A stretch of DNA of 64,000 nucleotides from Bdellovibrionales bacterium (GTDB lineage Bacteria > Bdellovibrionota > UBA1018 > CAIMNF01), in NCBI GenBank assembly GCA_947502835.1, contig CANNBJ010000002.1, positions 475,396-539,395 on the forward strand, written 5' to 3'. Below, piece by piece: positions 9,936 to 19,983 of the stretch. The position numbers and the translations under genes were made by a program. Within the stretch, counting starts at the first letter, position 1; every line of letters begins with the position of its first letter. The notes below the pieces were generated by a model, which was not told the DNA's origin, ran no database searches, and saw only the letters and a program-made list of their open reading frames with translations.

Positions 9936-11559
9936 GAAGTATATTTTCGTGACCGGAGGAGTTCTCTCGAGCATCGGGAAAGGAATATGTGCGGCTTCTC
10001 TCGGGATGCTGCTTGAGCAGCGGGGAATCAAGGTGACCATGCTCAAGATGGATCCGTATCTCAATGTCGATCCGGGAACGATGAGCCCCTTCCAGCACGG
10101 AGAAGTGTTTGTGCTGGATGATGGAACCGAGACGGATCTCGATCTCGGGCATTATCAGCGTTTTGTCCATGGCGCCAAATTCAGCAGGAAGAACAGCTTC
10201 ACTGCAGGTCGGGTCTACGATGCCGTCATCAAAAAAGAACGTGCCGGCGGGTATCTCGGAAAGACGGTGCAGGTGATTCCACACGTCACCGACCAGATCA
10301 AGGAAAACATCCAGGCTGCGATGGAGGATGCGGATCTTGGAATCATCGAGGTGGGGGGAACTGTTGGGGATATCGAGGGGCTTCCCTTTCTTGAAGCCAT
10401 CCGCCAGATCAAGCATGAAGAGGGAGCTTCCAACGTTTTGTTTGCACACCTTACGCTTGTTCCGTACATTCCGACAGCGGGAGAACTGAAAACCAAGCCC
10501 ACCCAGCACAGTGTCAAGGAGCTTCGGGAAATTGGAATCCAGCCTGACATTTTGATTTGCAGGACGGATCGCGTACTCGAGAAGGGAATCAAGGAGAAGA
10601 TCGGATTGTTTTGCAACGTTCCCGGCGACTGTGTTTTCAGTGCGCAGGATGCCGAGAGTATTTATGATGTTCCGCTTCTGCTTTCAGAAGAGGGTCTCGA
10701 TGACAAGGTGGTCGAGAAACTCGGAATTTGGACCGGACGGCCTGATCTCTCCAAATGGAAGAAAATGGTGAAGACCCTTCATCATCCTGATCATGAGGTG
10801 AAAATTGGAATCGTGGGCAAGTACACGGACTGGCGCGATACCTACAAGTCCATTTCGGAGTCGCTTGTGCATGGAGGGGTTGCGAATCACGCCAAGGTTA
10901 CTCCGGTTTACATTGACAGTGAGATGCTCGAGAAAGGCGATCTTTCTGCACTTCCCGAAGTTTCAGGGATTCTTGTTCCGGGTGGATTCGGCGAGCGCGG
11001 GATCGAAGGCAAGATCAAGGCAATTGAATACGCACGAACCAGGAAGATCCCGTTTTTCGGGATTTGTCTCGGAATGCAACTTGCGACGATAGAATACGCA
11101 CGACACGTGTGCGGGTTGACCGATGCGAATTCGGCTGAATTCAAGCCGGAAAATCATCAAAATGTGATTGATCTGATGGACTCCCAAAAAGGTGTGAAGG
11201 ATCTTGGTGGTACGATGAGGCTTGGGGCGTATCCATGCCGTGTAAAGCAGGAGAATAAAGGGAAGCCAACGCACGCCTTTGCCGCCTACCAAAAGGAGAT
11301 GATTTCCGAGCGTCATCGCCATCGCTTTGAAGTTTCAAACGCCTTTCGCGGACGACTCGAGGAAGGCGGGCTTGTGGTGAGTGGACTCAATGTCAATCCC
11401 AAGACCTCTGAAGAGTTGGTCGAGATGGTGGAGCTTCCGGATCATCCGTGGTTTCTCGGGTGCCAGTTCCATCCGGAACTTCTCAGCCGTCCTCTTGAGC
11501 CGCATCCGCTGTTTGTCGGCTTTATCAAGGCTTCACTCAAGGCAAAGGGGAAATCCTGA
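9922..11559 (+). CDS. pyrG: CTP synthase
   Basis: [18 protein letters not shown]-terminus and a GICLGMQ glutamine amidotransferase catalytic Cys; 545 aa. Confidence 0.95.
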   Translation: MAKPKKYIFVTGGVLSSIGKGICAASLGMLLEQRGIKVTMLKMDPYLNVDPGTMSPFQHGEVFVLDDGTETDLDLGHYQRFVHGAKFSRKNSFTAGRVYDAVIKKERAGGYLGKTVQVIPHVTDQIKENIQAAMEDADLGIIEVGGTVGDIEGLPFLEAIRQIKHEEGASNVLFAHLTLVPYIPTAGELKTKPTQHSVKELREIGIQPDILICRTDRVLEKGIKEKIGLFCNVPGDCVFSAQDAESIYDVPLLLSEEGLDDKVVEKLGIWTGRPDLSKWKKMVKTLHHPDHEVKIGIVGKYTDWRDTYKSISESLVHGGVANHAKVTPVYIDSEMLEKGDLSALPEVSGILVPGGFGERGIEGKIKAIEYARTRKIPFFGICLGMQLATIEYARHVCGLTDANSAEFKPENHQNVIDLMDSQKGVKDLGGTMRLGAYPCRVKQENKGKPTHAFAAYQKEMISERHRHRFEVSNAFRGRLEEGGLVVSGLNVNPKTSEELVEMVELPDHPWFLGCQFHPELLSRPLEPHPLFVGFIKASLKAKGKS

Positions 11560-12419
11560 TGTTGCACGCCACCGTCCCTCCGATGACCCTGATTGCCGGC
11601 CCCTGCGTGATTGAAGATGAAGGTTTGGTGATGGAGATTGCAACCGAGCTCAAGCGGCAGCTTCATGGCCTTCCGCTCCAGTTGTTCTTCAAAGCCTCTT
11701 TTGACAAAGCAAATCGTTCCTCGATCGACGGGTTCCGCGGGCCCGGGATGAAGGAAGGTCTCAAGATCCTGACCAAGGTGAAGGAGCGCACGGGGCTCCC
11801 GCTCCTGACCGACATTCACACCCCGGATCAGGCCGAAGAGGTTGCCAAGCACATTGATTTTCTCCAGATTCCAGCTTTTCTCTGCCGTCAAACGGACTTG
11901 ATCGTGTCCGTCACGGAAGCCGCGATCAAATGGAATCGAAAAGTGAACATCAAGAAGGGGCAGTTTCTCGCTCCATGGGATGCAAAAAACATCGTCGATA
12001 AGGTCAGGGCAGTGGAGGCGAGTCATTCTTCGAAAAAAGTGGATCTTCACCTTACAGAGAGGGGAGTGACCTTTGGCTACAATACTCTTGTGGTGGATAT
12101 GACCTCGTTTCAAACAATGTCCAAATTCGGTGTGCCCACCATCTACGATGCCACCCATTCCATCCAGAGTCCGGGCGGTGGTCCGGGCGGGAAATCCACA
12201 GGAGGAAAGCGCGAAAACCTCGAAGTACTCGCGCGGGCCGCGTTTGCAGCCGGAGCGGATGGGTTGTTCATGGAATGTCACCCCAGACCGTCCATGGCAA
12301 AGAGCGATGGACCGAATGCATTTTACCTTGAGCATGTGGGCGCTTTTGTTCAGCAGATTCTCGAGTTCCGAAGGCTCGCAAAAACCCTGCCGAAACTTCT
12401 CCCGGAGGCTCAGGGATGA
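11559..12419 (+). CDS. kdsA: 3-deoxy-8-phosphooctulonate (KDO8P) synthase
   Basis: LIAGPCVIEDE..., FKASFDKANRSS, IYDATHSIQ motifs. The start overlaps the pyrG stop. Confidence 0.9.
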   Translation: MLHATVPPMTLIAGPCVIEDEGLVMEIATELKRQLHGLPLQLFFKASFDKANRSSIDGFRGPGMKEGLKILTKVKERTGLPLLTDIHTPDQAEEVAKHIDFLQIPAFLCRQTDLIVSVTEAAIKWNRKVNIKKGQFLAPWDAKNIVDKVRAVEASHSSKKVDLHLTERGVTFGYNTLVVDMTSFQTMSKFGVPTIYDATHSIQSPGGGPGGKSTGGKRENLEVLARAAFAAGADGLFMECHPRPSMAKSDGPNAFYLEHVGAFVQQILEFRRLAKTLPKLLPEAQG

Positions 12420-12940
12420 AGCTGCATCTTTCCGAGTCTGAATTTGATGCACGCTTGAAGCGCATCAAGCTGCTTCTACTGGATGTGGACGGGATTCTCA
12501 CCAATGGCACCCTTTTTTATGTGGAAGGTCAGGGCTGGACGCGCACGTACAACATCTACGATGGATACGGGATCAAAACGATTCAGCGTTCCGGGATCAA
12601 GGTCGGCATCATCAGTGGTGGAAATTCAACGGAACTGAAAGAGCGGATCAAGATGCTTGGAATCCAGCATGCTGTTCTCGGAAGTGAGGACAAGCTCTCC
12701 TCCATGAAACAGATTCTGGCGGAGACCGGGCTCAATCCGGAGGATGCGTGCTTTATGGGGGATGAGTGGTTTGACATTCCGGCGCTCAAGGCTGTGGGCC
12801 TTGCGATCACTGTGCCCGAGGCCATGCCGGAAGTGCATGAGGTGGTTCATGCGGTCACGAAACGTTCCGGTGGTCATGGTGCGGTTCGTGAAGTGATTGA
12901 TCGGATCAGGCATGCTCAGAATCTAAGTTTGCCGACGTGA
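12416..12940 (+). CDS. kdsC: KDO 8-phosphate phosphatase (HAD family)
   Basis: LLLLDVDGILTNG (DxD HAD motif I), 174 aa, sits after kdsA with an overlapping start. Confidence 0.8.
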   Translation: MKLHLSESEFDARLKRIKLLLLDVDGILTNGTLFYVEGQGWTRTYNIYDGYGIKTIQRSGIKVGIISGGNSTELKERIKMLGIQHAVLGSEDKLSSMKQILAETGLNPEDACFMGDEWFDIPALKAVGLAITVPEAMPEVHEVVHAVTKRSGGHGAVREVIDRIRHAQNLSLPT

Positions 12941-13806
12941 AAACGAGAAATCTGTTTCCTGCATTATTGGTTCTTGCCGCATGCGGTTCGGGACAAGGAT
13001 GTGTTCCAAAATTCACTGACCTGAAAAAGAAGTATCCCCATGTGATCTATCACGGGCGAAAGCTCCCGAGCGAAGTTGTACTCAAGGAAAATCCTCCGCC
13101 CTTCTGGGCTCCGATCTCTTCGATTCCGAAGCGAGTCAAGGGTGCGATACTCGTTTCGGAGGACTGGGCCTTCTTCCAGCATGGAGGCTATGATGAAAAG
13201 CAGATTCAAGAGGCGATCAAGGAGAGCATCGAAGCAGGTAAACTTACCCGCGGTGCAAGCACGATTACCCAACAGGTGGTGAGGAACCTGTACCTGTCCA
13301 AAGAGAAGAGCATTGGAAGGAAGGTTCATGAACTTTGGCTCTCGACCAAGATCGAGAAGGTCATTGGGAAGCAAAAAATCCTCGAGATTTATTTCAACAT
13401 CGCAGAGATGGGCGACGGGATTTTCGGAATCGGGCAGGCCTCGCGCAGGTACTTTCAGAAGTCCCCCTCCGAGCTTCGCCCAAAGGAAGCGGCCTTTTTG
13501 GCAATGCTTCTTCCTTCTCCCAAGCGTTACTCGGTGTCCTTCACAAGGAAAGAGCTGAGCGGCTATGCTCGGAGGACGATTCGTTCGATCCTGAACAAAA
13601 TGGTGATGGCGCATTATTTGACGCCTGAAGAGAGAGATGCAGAATGGGCCACCCCGTTGGCGTTTGAAACGAAGATCGATGTTTCGATTCCTCCCGAATC
13701 GGGCCCTGACGAAGAAGGTTCTGAGGAAGAGGGTGCCGAGGGCGAATCCTCAAAGCCCGCTCTTGAACCAAGTCCCTCGCCAAACCAGAGTTTGCAGTCT
13801 TCCTGA
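12937..13806 (+). CDS. Monofunctional peptidoglycan transglycosylase (GT51), lipoprotein-like signal
   Basis: LLVLAACGSG lipobox-like signal; ILVSEDWAFFQHGGYD and RGASTITQQVVRNLYL GT51 motifs. No transpeptidase domain. Acidic, Pro-rich tail. Confidence 0.8.
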   Translation: MKTRNLFPALLVLAACGSGQGCVPKFTDLKKKYPHVIYHGRKLPSEVVLKENPPPFWAPISSIPKRVKGAILVSEDWAFFQHGGYDEKQIQEAIKESIEAGKLTRGASTITQQVVRNLYLSKEKSIGRKVHELWLSTKIEKVIGKQKILEIYFNIAEMGDGIFGIGQASRRYFQKSPSELRPKEAAFLAMLLPSPKRYSVSFTRKELSGYARRTIRSILNKMVMAHYLTPEERDAEWATPLAFETKIDVSIPPESGPDEEGSEEEGAEGESSKPALEPSPSPNQSLQSS

Positions 13807-13826
13807 TTTTTTGCAACACTGATGAA

Positions 13827-15113
13827 ATGAGACAAGGCCTCGAAATGGCTGTCAAAAAGTACACATCGGCCCGTCGACTCAAGCGTTCTGCATTTCTGCT
13901 CGGGGTCGTGTTGCTTGTTTTTGTCGGGGGTTGGTCGATCGGCTATCTGGGCTCGAAATCCGGATGGTCCCTCTCTAATGTCTTTGCGCCCGCACAGCTG
14001 ACGAAATCGGAACTGCGTGAATTGATCCGCGGGGTTCGTTCAAACGAGCTGTATGAGTTCAAGCGAAACGAAGTGTCTTTCCCCGGTTATGAAGAGCCAG
14101 TGGTTCTTGACTATGCCTTTGATCCCGCGATTCAGTCCCTCTCCGAGGATCTGCTCGCCCAATACAAGCCGGATCTCGGTGTGATGGTTGCGATGGATGC
14201 CTCGACCGGACGCGTGCTTGCCATGGCTGGGATCAATCGCGCTTTTGAAATCGAGGGCAATCCCGCACTCGAGTATACGTTTCCCTCGGCATCAGTGTTC
14301 AAGGTGGTGACCGCCGCGGCTGCTCTTGAAGAAAGAAAAGCGAATCCCGCAACACTCATCTCCTACGCGGGCCGGAACCATACTTTGTACAAGTATCAGG
14401 TTCTCAAGGAGCGGGTGAGCGGCTGGATCCGTCAGATCTCGTTCAAGGAGGCCTTTGCCAAATCCATCAACACCGTGTTTGGAAGGCTTGCGGTTTTCGA
14501 ACTCGGAAAAGAGCCGATCCGGCTGTTTTCCAACCGGTTCGGATACGGTGAGGAAATCCAGTCTGATTTTCCGGTCGTCATGTCGAAGGCGGCAAACCCT
14601 GCGAATGAATATCAGCTTGCGGAAATGGCCTCCGGCTACACGCAGGACAATGTGATGAGCGCAATTCATGGAGCCATGATTGCTGCGGCTGTAGCGAATG
14701 ATGGAATCATGATGCAGCCCTATTTCATGAATGCGGCCTATTTGAAGTCGGGAAAAACGGTGTATCGCTCCGAGCCTGCAATTCAAAGCAAGGTGATGAG
14801 CCTGGAAACGGCACGGGAGCTTCGGTCGATGATGCGGGAGACGGTAGCCCGGGGGACTTCACGCAAAGCCTTTCATGGATTCTTCCGAGGAAAGTTCAGC
14901 GAGCTTGAGGTGGGAGGAAAAACCGGTCACCTTACAGATCGCAATCATCGCGGACGAATTGATTGGTTTGTGGGGTTTGCCCAGGCCCATGGGCGAAAAA
15001 TTGCGGTTTCGGTTCTGACCATGCACAAGAAATACTGGACGGTGAAGTCCTCGTATCTTGCCAGGCGGGCGTTTGAGACCGCGTTCAGCCAGAAGAAGGT
15101 TGTTCGGAATTAA
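13827..15113 (+). CDS. Penicillin-binding transpeptidase-domain protein
   Basis: N-terminal TM anchor, SASVFKVVTAAAALE (SxxK) and GGKTGHLTD (KTG). Confidence 0.8.
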   Translation: MRQGLEMAVKKYTSARRLKRSAFLLGVVLLVFVGGWSIGYLGSKSGWSLSNVFAPAQLTKSELRELIRGVRSNELYEFKRNEVSFPGYEEPVVLDYAFDPAIQSLSEDLLAQYKPDLGVMVAMDASTGRVLAMAGINRAFEIEGNPALEYTFPSASVFKVVTAAAALEERKANPATLISYAGRNHTLYKYQVLKERVSGWIRQISFKEAFAKSINTVFGRLAVFELGKEPIRLFSNRFGYGEEIQSDFPVVMSKAANPANEYQLAEMASGYTQDNVMSAIHGAMIAAAVANDGIMMQPYFMNAAYLKSGKTVYRSEPAIQSKVMSLETARELRSMMRETVARGTSRKAFHGFFRGKFSELEVGGKTGHLTDRNHRGRIDWFVGFAQAHGRKIAVSVLTMHKKYWTVKSSYLARRAFETAFSQKKVVRN

Positions 15114-15161
15114 ATCGGGATTGGTTCTTTACGCGCCCAAAATCATTGTGTAATTCACTTA

Positions 15162-16736
15162 GTGAAAGCACGCACTATGCAAAAAATTTTGAAAATCCTG
15201 CGTCTGGAAACGCTCTCCGAGCTTTGTCTGATCTTACTCAGCTTCGTTCTATTTATGGCGAAATCCTGGGAGAATTCCATTCATAGCGTTGATTCGGCAT
15301 TGCATGCCCGATTGGCTCTTGAGGTGACCAAGAATGGATGGGTGCCCGCTTTGCCGATGCCCTCGTATGGTGCTCTCGATCCCAGACCTTTTTTCAATGA
15401 CCAGCCGTTCACCCTGTTTTATTTTGTCGGCCAATGGATGCGGCTTTTGGGTCCAGATGCATGGTCCGCACGATTCATTCCTGGTCTTTTCGGGGTTGCA
15501 ACAATCTACCTGCTTCTCTTGATTGGAAGAAAGTATTTTGGCAGGGCTGTTGGTTTCGGGGCTGCATTGATTCTCATGCTAACGCCGATGTTTCTCCAAG
15601 CATCAGCTCGATTTCAACTTGATCCCAGCATGACCTTCTTTATTTTGCTTTCCTTCTTTTTTTGGTTGAAGCGAAATGATTCAGGGACGGTGGCGAGCGT
15701 CGTAGGTGCGGTACTCTTTAAGGCGCCGACGGGTCTTCTGGTTCTCCCTGCTGGGTTTTTGTGTGATTTACTCCGCTCAAGGGGGTTCACTCTCTCTTCG
15801 ATCCGTCGGGTCTTAACGATTTCTTTCTTCTCGATCTTGTTCATTTTACTGTTTTGGTGGATGGTCAATCGAATCGCGGGACAAGATCTTTTTTTGGACT
15901 ATTTTCAGCGGCAGGTTTGGGGGACTTCGGTAAATGGCCGGTTTGAAGACCGCCAGTATGATTCGTTGTTCTTCTTCAAGGTTTTTGTTCGGCAGCTTTG
16001 GCTTTGGATTTTGATTCTGTTGTTCGGGCTCGGGTACCGACTATTCAAGCGGGATTTGAGTTTTTCCCTGGAGGAATTCAGAAGCGAGCCATTTTATCTT
16101 TCATGCGCCATGACTGTGGTCCTTGTGTTGGTGGTGTCTGCGGTTCGGTTTCAGGCAGTAAATTATTTCATGCCTGCCTTTCCGTTTATAGCTCTGATCC
16201 TTGCTCTTTTGATTCAGAATGTGATCTCGCGATTTTGGGTGTGGATGGAGAATTTCGTCGTCCATGCGACTCCCATCACCATGTTTGCCCTATTGATTTT
16301 TCCAGTAACCCTCGGTCCTGAAATGATGCCTGCCTTTCGTCATTTTGCCCCGTTCATCCAGACTGCAGGAGATTGCTCAGACTCAGTCATGTTCATCGAT
16401 GGAAATTTGTATGGCGGGAAGAATACTTATTTTTGCCAGATCGCCTTCTATACGGGAAGAAAGGTGCTTCCAAGCTCTTGTGATCAGGCGTTGGAATTGA
16501 TTCATGAAAGGAAACCAGCATGGATCCTGCTCTCGGGGAACGATCAAGTGAATTGCTTGAAGAATCAAGAGCTCTCCGAATATGTGACCCGAATTCAATT
16601 TGGATCCCAGTATTTATGGGGGATTTATCCCGTTGGTAGATCCCAATTTGATTTGACGCCTCTGCTCAGGCAGCTCGAGCCCCCCTTGGATTGTAAGCCA
16701 AAAGAATTGAGAGACAGTCCTTGGCTGAGGCTCTAG
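15162..16736 (+). CDS. ArnT/PMT-type (GT39/GT83-like) integral-membrane glycosyltransferase
   Basis: ~12 predicted TM segments. The N-terminal region (...DSALHARLALEV...PFFNDQPFTLFYFVGQWM...) resembles the lipid-carrier-dependent ArnT/dolichyl-phosphate-mannose transferase family. The start could be the internal MQKIL. Confidence 0.6.
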   Translation: MKARTMQKILKILRLETLSELCLILLSFVLFMAKSWENSIHSVDSALHARLALEVTKNGWVPALPMPSYGALDPRPFFNDQPFTLFYFVGQWMRLLGPDAWSARFIPGLFGVATIYLLLLIGRKYFGRAVGFGAALILMLTPMFLQASARFQLDPSMTFFILLSFFFWLKRNDSGTVASVVGAVLFKAPTGLLVLPAGFLCDLLRSRGFTLSSIRRVLTISFFSILFILLFWWMVNRIAGQDLFLDYFQRQVWGTSVNGRFEDRQYDSLFFFKVFVRQLWLWILILLFGLGYRLFKRDLSFSLEEFRSEPFYLSCAMTVVLVLVVSAVRFQAVNYFMPAFPFIALILALLIQNVISRFWVWMENFVVHATPITMFALLIFPVTLGPEMMPAFRHFAPFIQTAGDCSDSVMFIDGNLYGGKNTYFCQIAFYTGRKVLPSSCDQALELIHERKPAWILLSGNDQVNCLKNQELSEYVTRIQFGSQYLWGIYPVGRSQFDLTPLLRQLEPPLDCKPKELRDSPWLRL

Positions 16737-16783
16737 AGGAATAAATTGACGGGTTCGGTTTCGTGCAGGAGGGGCCCCGCCAG

Positions 16784-16812
16784 TTGAAATCCATACAAAA
16801 AAGTAGTATTAT
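16784..16812 (+). promoter_or_regulatory. Sigma70-like promoter upstream of iscS
   Basis: TTGAAA (16784-16789), 17 bp spacer, TATTAT (16807-16812), ~18 bp upstream of the iscS ATG. Confidence 0.45.
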
Positions 16813-16829
16813 ATTGCCGAAGGATTTCC

Positions 16830-18032
16830 ATGATTTATCTGGACGGACATTCCACCACTCCTCTTGATCCGCTCGTGTTCGAAGCGATGAAGCCCTATTT
16901 CCTTGAGCGCTTCGGAAATGCGTCGCACGGGTTGCATCGGTTCAACTGGGAGGCCGAGGCTGCGGTGAATCGAGCGCGCGAGCAGGTGGCTGGATTTTTG
17001 GGTGCGAATGCCAAGGAGATCATCCTCACAGGTGGGGCAACCGAAGCAAATCACCTTGCGATCCTTGGATCGGCCAAGGCCCTCCGAACCTCCGGTCGGA
17101 TGCGGATCTTGTCCCTGGAGATCGAGCATGCCTCCGTGCTCGGTGCCCTCGAATTGATGCGAGAGCAGGGATTCTCGATTGAATGGGTGGCTACCCATCC
17201 GAACGGGAGAGTGGACCTCGCGGATCTCAAATCAAAGCTCCGGAGTGATGTGGGCCTTGTCTCCATTGCGCTTGCCAACCATGAGGTCGGGACGATTCAG
17301 GATCTTGGTCTGATTTCAAGGCTTGTGCATGAGGCCGGAGCGTGGATGCACACCGATGCGGTGCAGGCGGCGGGAAAGATTTCGTTCAGTGTGGATTCGA
17401 TGGGCGCGGACCTCTTGACCATCAGCGGCCACAAGATTCATGGCCCGAAGGGCGCAGGAGCGCTGTATGTGCGCAGAAAGAATCCAAGGGTGGAGATCGC
17501 ACCGATTCAGCGTGGCGGCGGTCAGGAGCGGGGGCTTAGGCCGGGAAGTCCCAATACGCCAGCACTCGTGGGTCTCGGAGTTGCCTGTGAGTTATCAGAC
17601 AGCTTGATGAAAACCGAAGTCCCCCGTCTGCGGGAGCTGAGAGATTCCCTTTGGAACCTGCTTGAGCACGCGCTTCCCTGCATTCGCAGGAATGGTTCAA
17701 CGGAGCATGCTCTTCCTCACAATTTGAATGTTTCAGTGGAGGGAGTCGATGGTGCGGCTCTTTTCGGGCGATTGAAGCGGGTTGCGGTTTCGAATGCCTC
17801 TGCCTGTTTGAATGGGACTCAGGATTATTCCCAGGTTCTGACTGTTCTCGGTGTCGAAAAGGGACTTGCCCGTGCGACTCTTCGGTTCGGACTCGGGCGT
17901 TTCACCACAAGGGAAGAGATCCTTGCCGCAGCCGAGGAAATCATCTTGGTGGTGAATGATCTTCGTAGAATGGAAAAAGAGTTTGCGGCCCAAACGGGCA
18001 CGGTTTATGGAAATGGCGGGTGCACATCATGA
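16830..18032 (+). CDS. iscS: Cysteine desulfurase (IscS/NifS class)
   Basis: IYLDGHSTTPLDP, GGATEANHLAI, ISGHKIHGPKGAGALYVR (PLP-Lys) and a SNASAC active-site Cys loop. Confidence 0.9.
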   Translation: MIYLDGHSTTPLDPLVFEAMKPYFLERFGNASHGLHRFNWEAEAAVNRAREQVAGFLGANAKEIILTGGATEANHLAILGSAKALRTSGRMRILSLEIEHASVLGALELMREQGFSIEWVATHPNGRVDLADLKSKLRSDVGLVSIALANHEVGTIQDLGLISRLVHEAGAWMHTDAVQAAGKISFSVDSMGADLLTISGHKIHGPKGAGALYVRRKNPRVEIAPIQRGGGQERGLRPGSPNTPALVGLGVACELSDSLMKTEVPRLRELRDSLWNLLEHALPCIRRNGSTEHALPHNLNVSVEGVDGAALFGRLKRVAVSNASACLNGTQDYSQVLTVLGVEKGLARATLRFGLGRFTTREEILAAAEEIILVVNDLRRMEKEFAAQTGTVYGNGGCTS

Positions 18033-18358
18033 TTACTATGACCAATAATGCAATTCAGGAAATCAAGCGGATCCAAACCGCGGATCCATCCCATCAGGGA
18101 TCACATCTGCGGGTCCAGGTGATCGGAGGAGGCTGTTCCGGAATGAGTTACAAGCTTGATTTCGAAACCGCGGCCACTACGGAAATGGACAAGATCTTTG
18201 AGCAAGAGGGTGTGCGGCTTGTGATCGACAAGAAATCCTTCATTTACTTGACCGGAACCGAGCTGGACTTTTCCGGTGGACTGAACGGGAAGGGTTTTGT
18301 ATTCAGTAACCCGAACGCCAAGCGGACCTGCGGTTGTGGTTCGAGTTTCTCCACATAG
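18029..18358 (+). CDS. Iron-sulfur cluster insertion protein (IscA/ErpA, HesB family)
   Basis: GGGCSGMSYKL ... CGCGSSF C-terminal signature. ATGA overlap with the iscS stop (the ORF track starts at GTG 18020). Confidence 0.85.
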   Translation: MITMTNNAIQEIKRIQTADPSHQGSHLRVQVIGGGCSGMSYKLDFETAATTEMDKIFEQEGVRLVIDKKSFIYLTGTELDFSGGLNGKGFVFSNPNAKRTCGCGSSFST

Positions 18359-18367
18359 GATTTTTCA

Positions 18368-18661
18368 ATGCCAAAAGTAAAATTTCTCCCGTCCGGAATC
18401 GAGGCAGATGCCAAAGAGGGTGAGACCCTCTTGGATCTGGCCCTTGCCCATGATGTTTCCATCCAGCATGCATGTGGCGGATTTTGTGCCTGCACAACAT
18501 GCCATTGCGAAATCCTCGAGGGTTTTGAAAACCTCGAAAAACCGGATGGAGACGAGCTCGAACGTCTCGAAGTGCTTGAGGCCAGGACCGGGCATTCCCG
18601 ACTCGCGTGTCAGTCAAAAATCAAGGGCGACCTCACCGTGAGGGTAGTGAACTTCGATTGA
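18368..18661 (+). CDS. fdx: 2Fe-2S ferredoxin (adrenodoxin/Fdx type)
   Basis: ACGGFCACTTCHC cluster-binding motif and a later C in RLACQ; 97 aa; sits after iscS-iscA. Confidence 0.85.
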   Translation: MPKVKFLPSGIEADAKEGETLLDLALAHDVSIQHACGGFCACTTCHCEILEGFENLEKPDGDELERLEVLEARTGHSRLACQSKIKGDLTVRVVNFD

Positions 18662-18671
18662 ATCTCTTCTG

Positions 18672-18737
18672 ACTGGCATCTTTGAGTGGGCATGGCCTTC
18701 GCAAATCTAAACGCCATGCCCGATCAAAGATGCCAGT
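18672..18737. terminator. Long hairpin between convergent fdx and serpin genes (probable bidirectional terminator)
   Basis: ACTGGCATCTTTGAGTGGGCATGGC (18672-18696) pairs with GCCATGCCCGATCAAAGATGCCAGT (18713-18737). Arms are 25 nt with 2 central mismatches and a 16 nt loop. Confidence 0.55.
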
Positions 18738-18748
18738 GAGAGGTTCCT

Positions 18749-19963
18749 TCACTCTGGTGAGTGGATTCTGCCCATGAAGTAGATCTCATGGCTCTCGCGA
18801 TTGGCGAGCAGGAACAGAAACGGCTGGTCACAGTGGAAGGGCGTGTTCGCTTTCATAGTGAAGCTTGTGGTTTCCATCGTGAGAGCCGTGGCAGCGGCCG
18901 CAGTGGTCCCCTCCTCGTCGACATCGATGGATACAGCTTGAATGACATCGCCCAGGCTGAACTCCAGGCCTGGATTCAGCGATTTCCATTCCCCCGGAGT
19001 GAACAACTTCCCGTACCCTGCAAGAGAGAGGTCGTTCTTGAGGGAGGTCTTTTCATTGACCTTGAACTTAGGAAGAACCAGTTCCACCCGTTCGTCTTTC
19101 ATTTTTGCGAGTGTATCATCCACAAGAGTGGCATCGATCCTGGCTTCCACGCTCTTCAGATCGAAGTCTTTCTTTGGAAGAACCAGAACCATCGCGAGCG
19201 GTGAGTCCTTATAGGGGAGTTCGAGCCATTTTGAAATCTCGTTCTCATGGTATTTGAATGAATGAACCTGTCGCATCATCATGGGGGAGGAGCTTTCGGA
19301 TGGAGAGCTGCGGAAGGTTCCGTTCGCCGTTTCATTCTTCCGGAAGGGGGAAGTCCAGCTCCCCTTGAAGTACAAGGTGTTTACGGCCAGAAACGGCACT
19401 TTCGGATCGAGAGTTTCCAGAAGAACGGGAATCCTCCCCTCGGTCCGGGACTTCACCCATTGGTTCATTTCCTTCAGGTCGAGGGTATGGACTTCTGCGG
19501 AGAGAGCATGCAGGGACTCAAGGAATTCCGGTCTCAGATTTTTTTTCTCTTTCAGCCAGATGGAGTTTGCGATCAGGAGACGTGATGGGGAGTCCTTTGC
19601 CGAGCCGAGGCGTTTGGCAAGATCCCGCTCACCTTTGAAACGATCGGATTCCTTGGTCGTGAATCCGAAGCCTGTTTCCAAGGCGAGCCGGGCCTGCTCT
19701 CCGGCCATGGGATAGACCATCTCGAGCGCCATCTTCAGGCTCAGGGGCGAAAGGGCGAGGTTTCTTGGTTGGCCCGAATGCATTTTCATGATCTGAAAGG
19801 GAGCCTCGCCCTTTGAGATCCGGACCGGGGCCGGGTAATCGGAGCCCTTGATGGTGCCACTCGATGCAATCGGGGCTTCGGCTTCCTCAACCGGAGAGGC
19901 CTCCTCTTTGCGTGTGCAAGAAAGGAGAGAGAGCAGGATGAGCAGGGAGATCAGGGTTTTCAT
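18749..19963 (-). CDS. Serpin-family protein, probable lipoprotein
   Basis: MKTLISLLILLSLLSC lipobox; serpin hinge EEGTTAAAATA; C-terminal FHCDQPFLFLLANRESHEIYFMGRIHSP serpin signature. Confidence 0.85.
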   Translation of the reverse strand: MKTLISLLILLSLLSCTRKEEASPVEEAEAPIASSGTIKGSDYPAPVRISKGEAPFQIMKMHSGQPRNLALSPLSLKMALEMVYPMAGEQARLALETGFGFTTKESDRFKGERDLAKRLGSAKDSPSRLLIANSIWLKEKKNLRPEFLESLHALSAEVHTLDLKEMNQWVKSRTEGRIPVLLETLDPKVPFLAVNTLYFKGSWTSPFRKNETANGTFRSSPSESSSPMMMRQVHSFKYHENEISKWLELPYKDSPLAMVLVLPKKDFDLKSVEARIDATLVDDTLAKMKDERVELVLPKFKVNEKTSLKNDLSLAGYGKLFTPGEWKSLNPGLEFSLGDVIQAVSIDVDEEGTTAAAATALTMETTSFTMKANTPFHCDQPFLFLLANRESHEIYFMGRIHSPE

Positions 19964-19983
19964 GGGTTCTTTTGTAGCACGGA

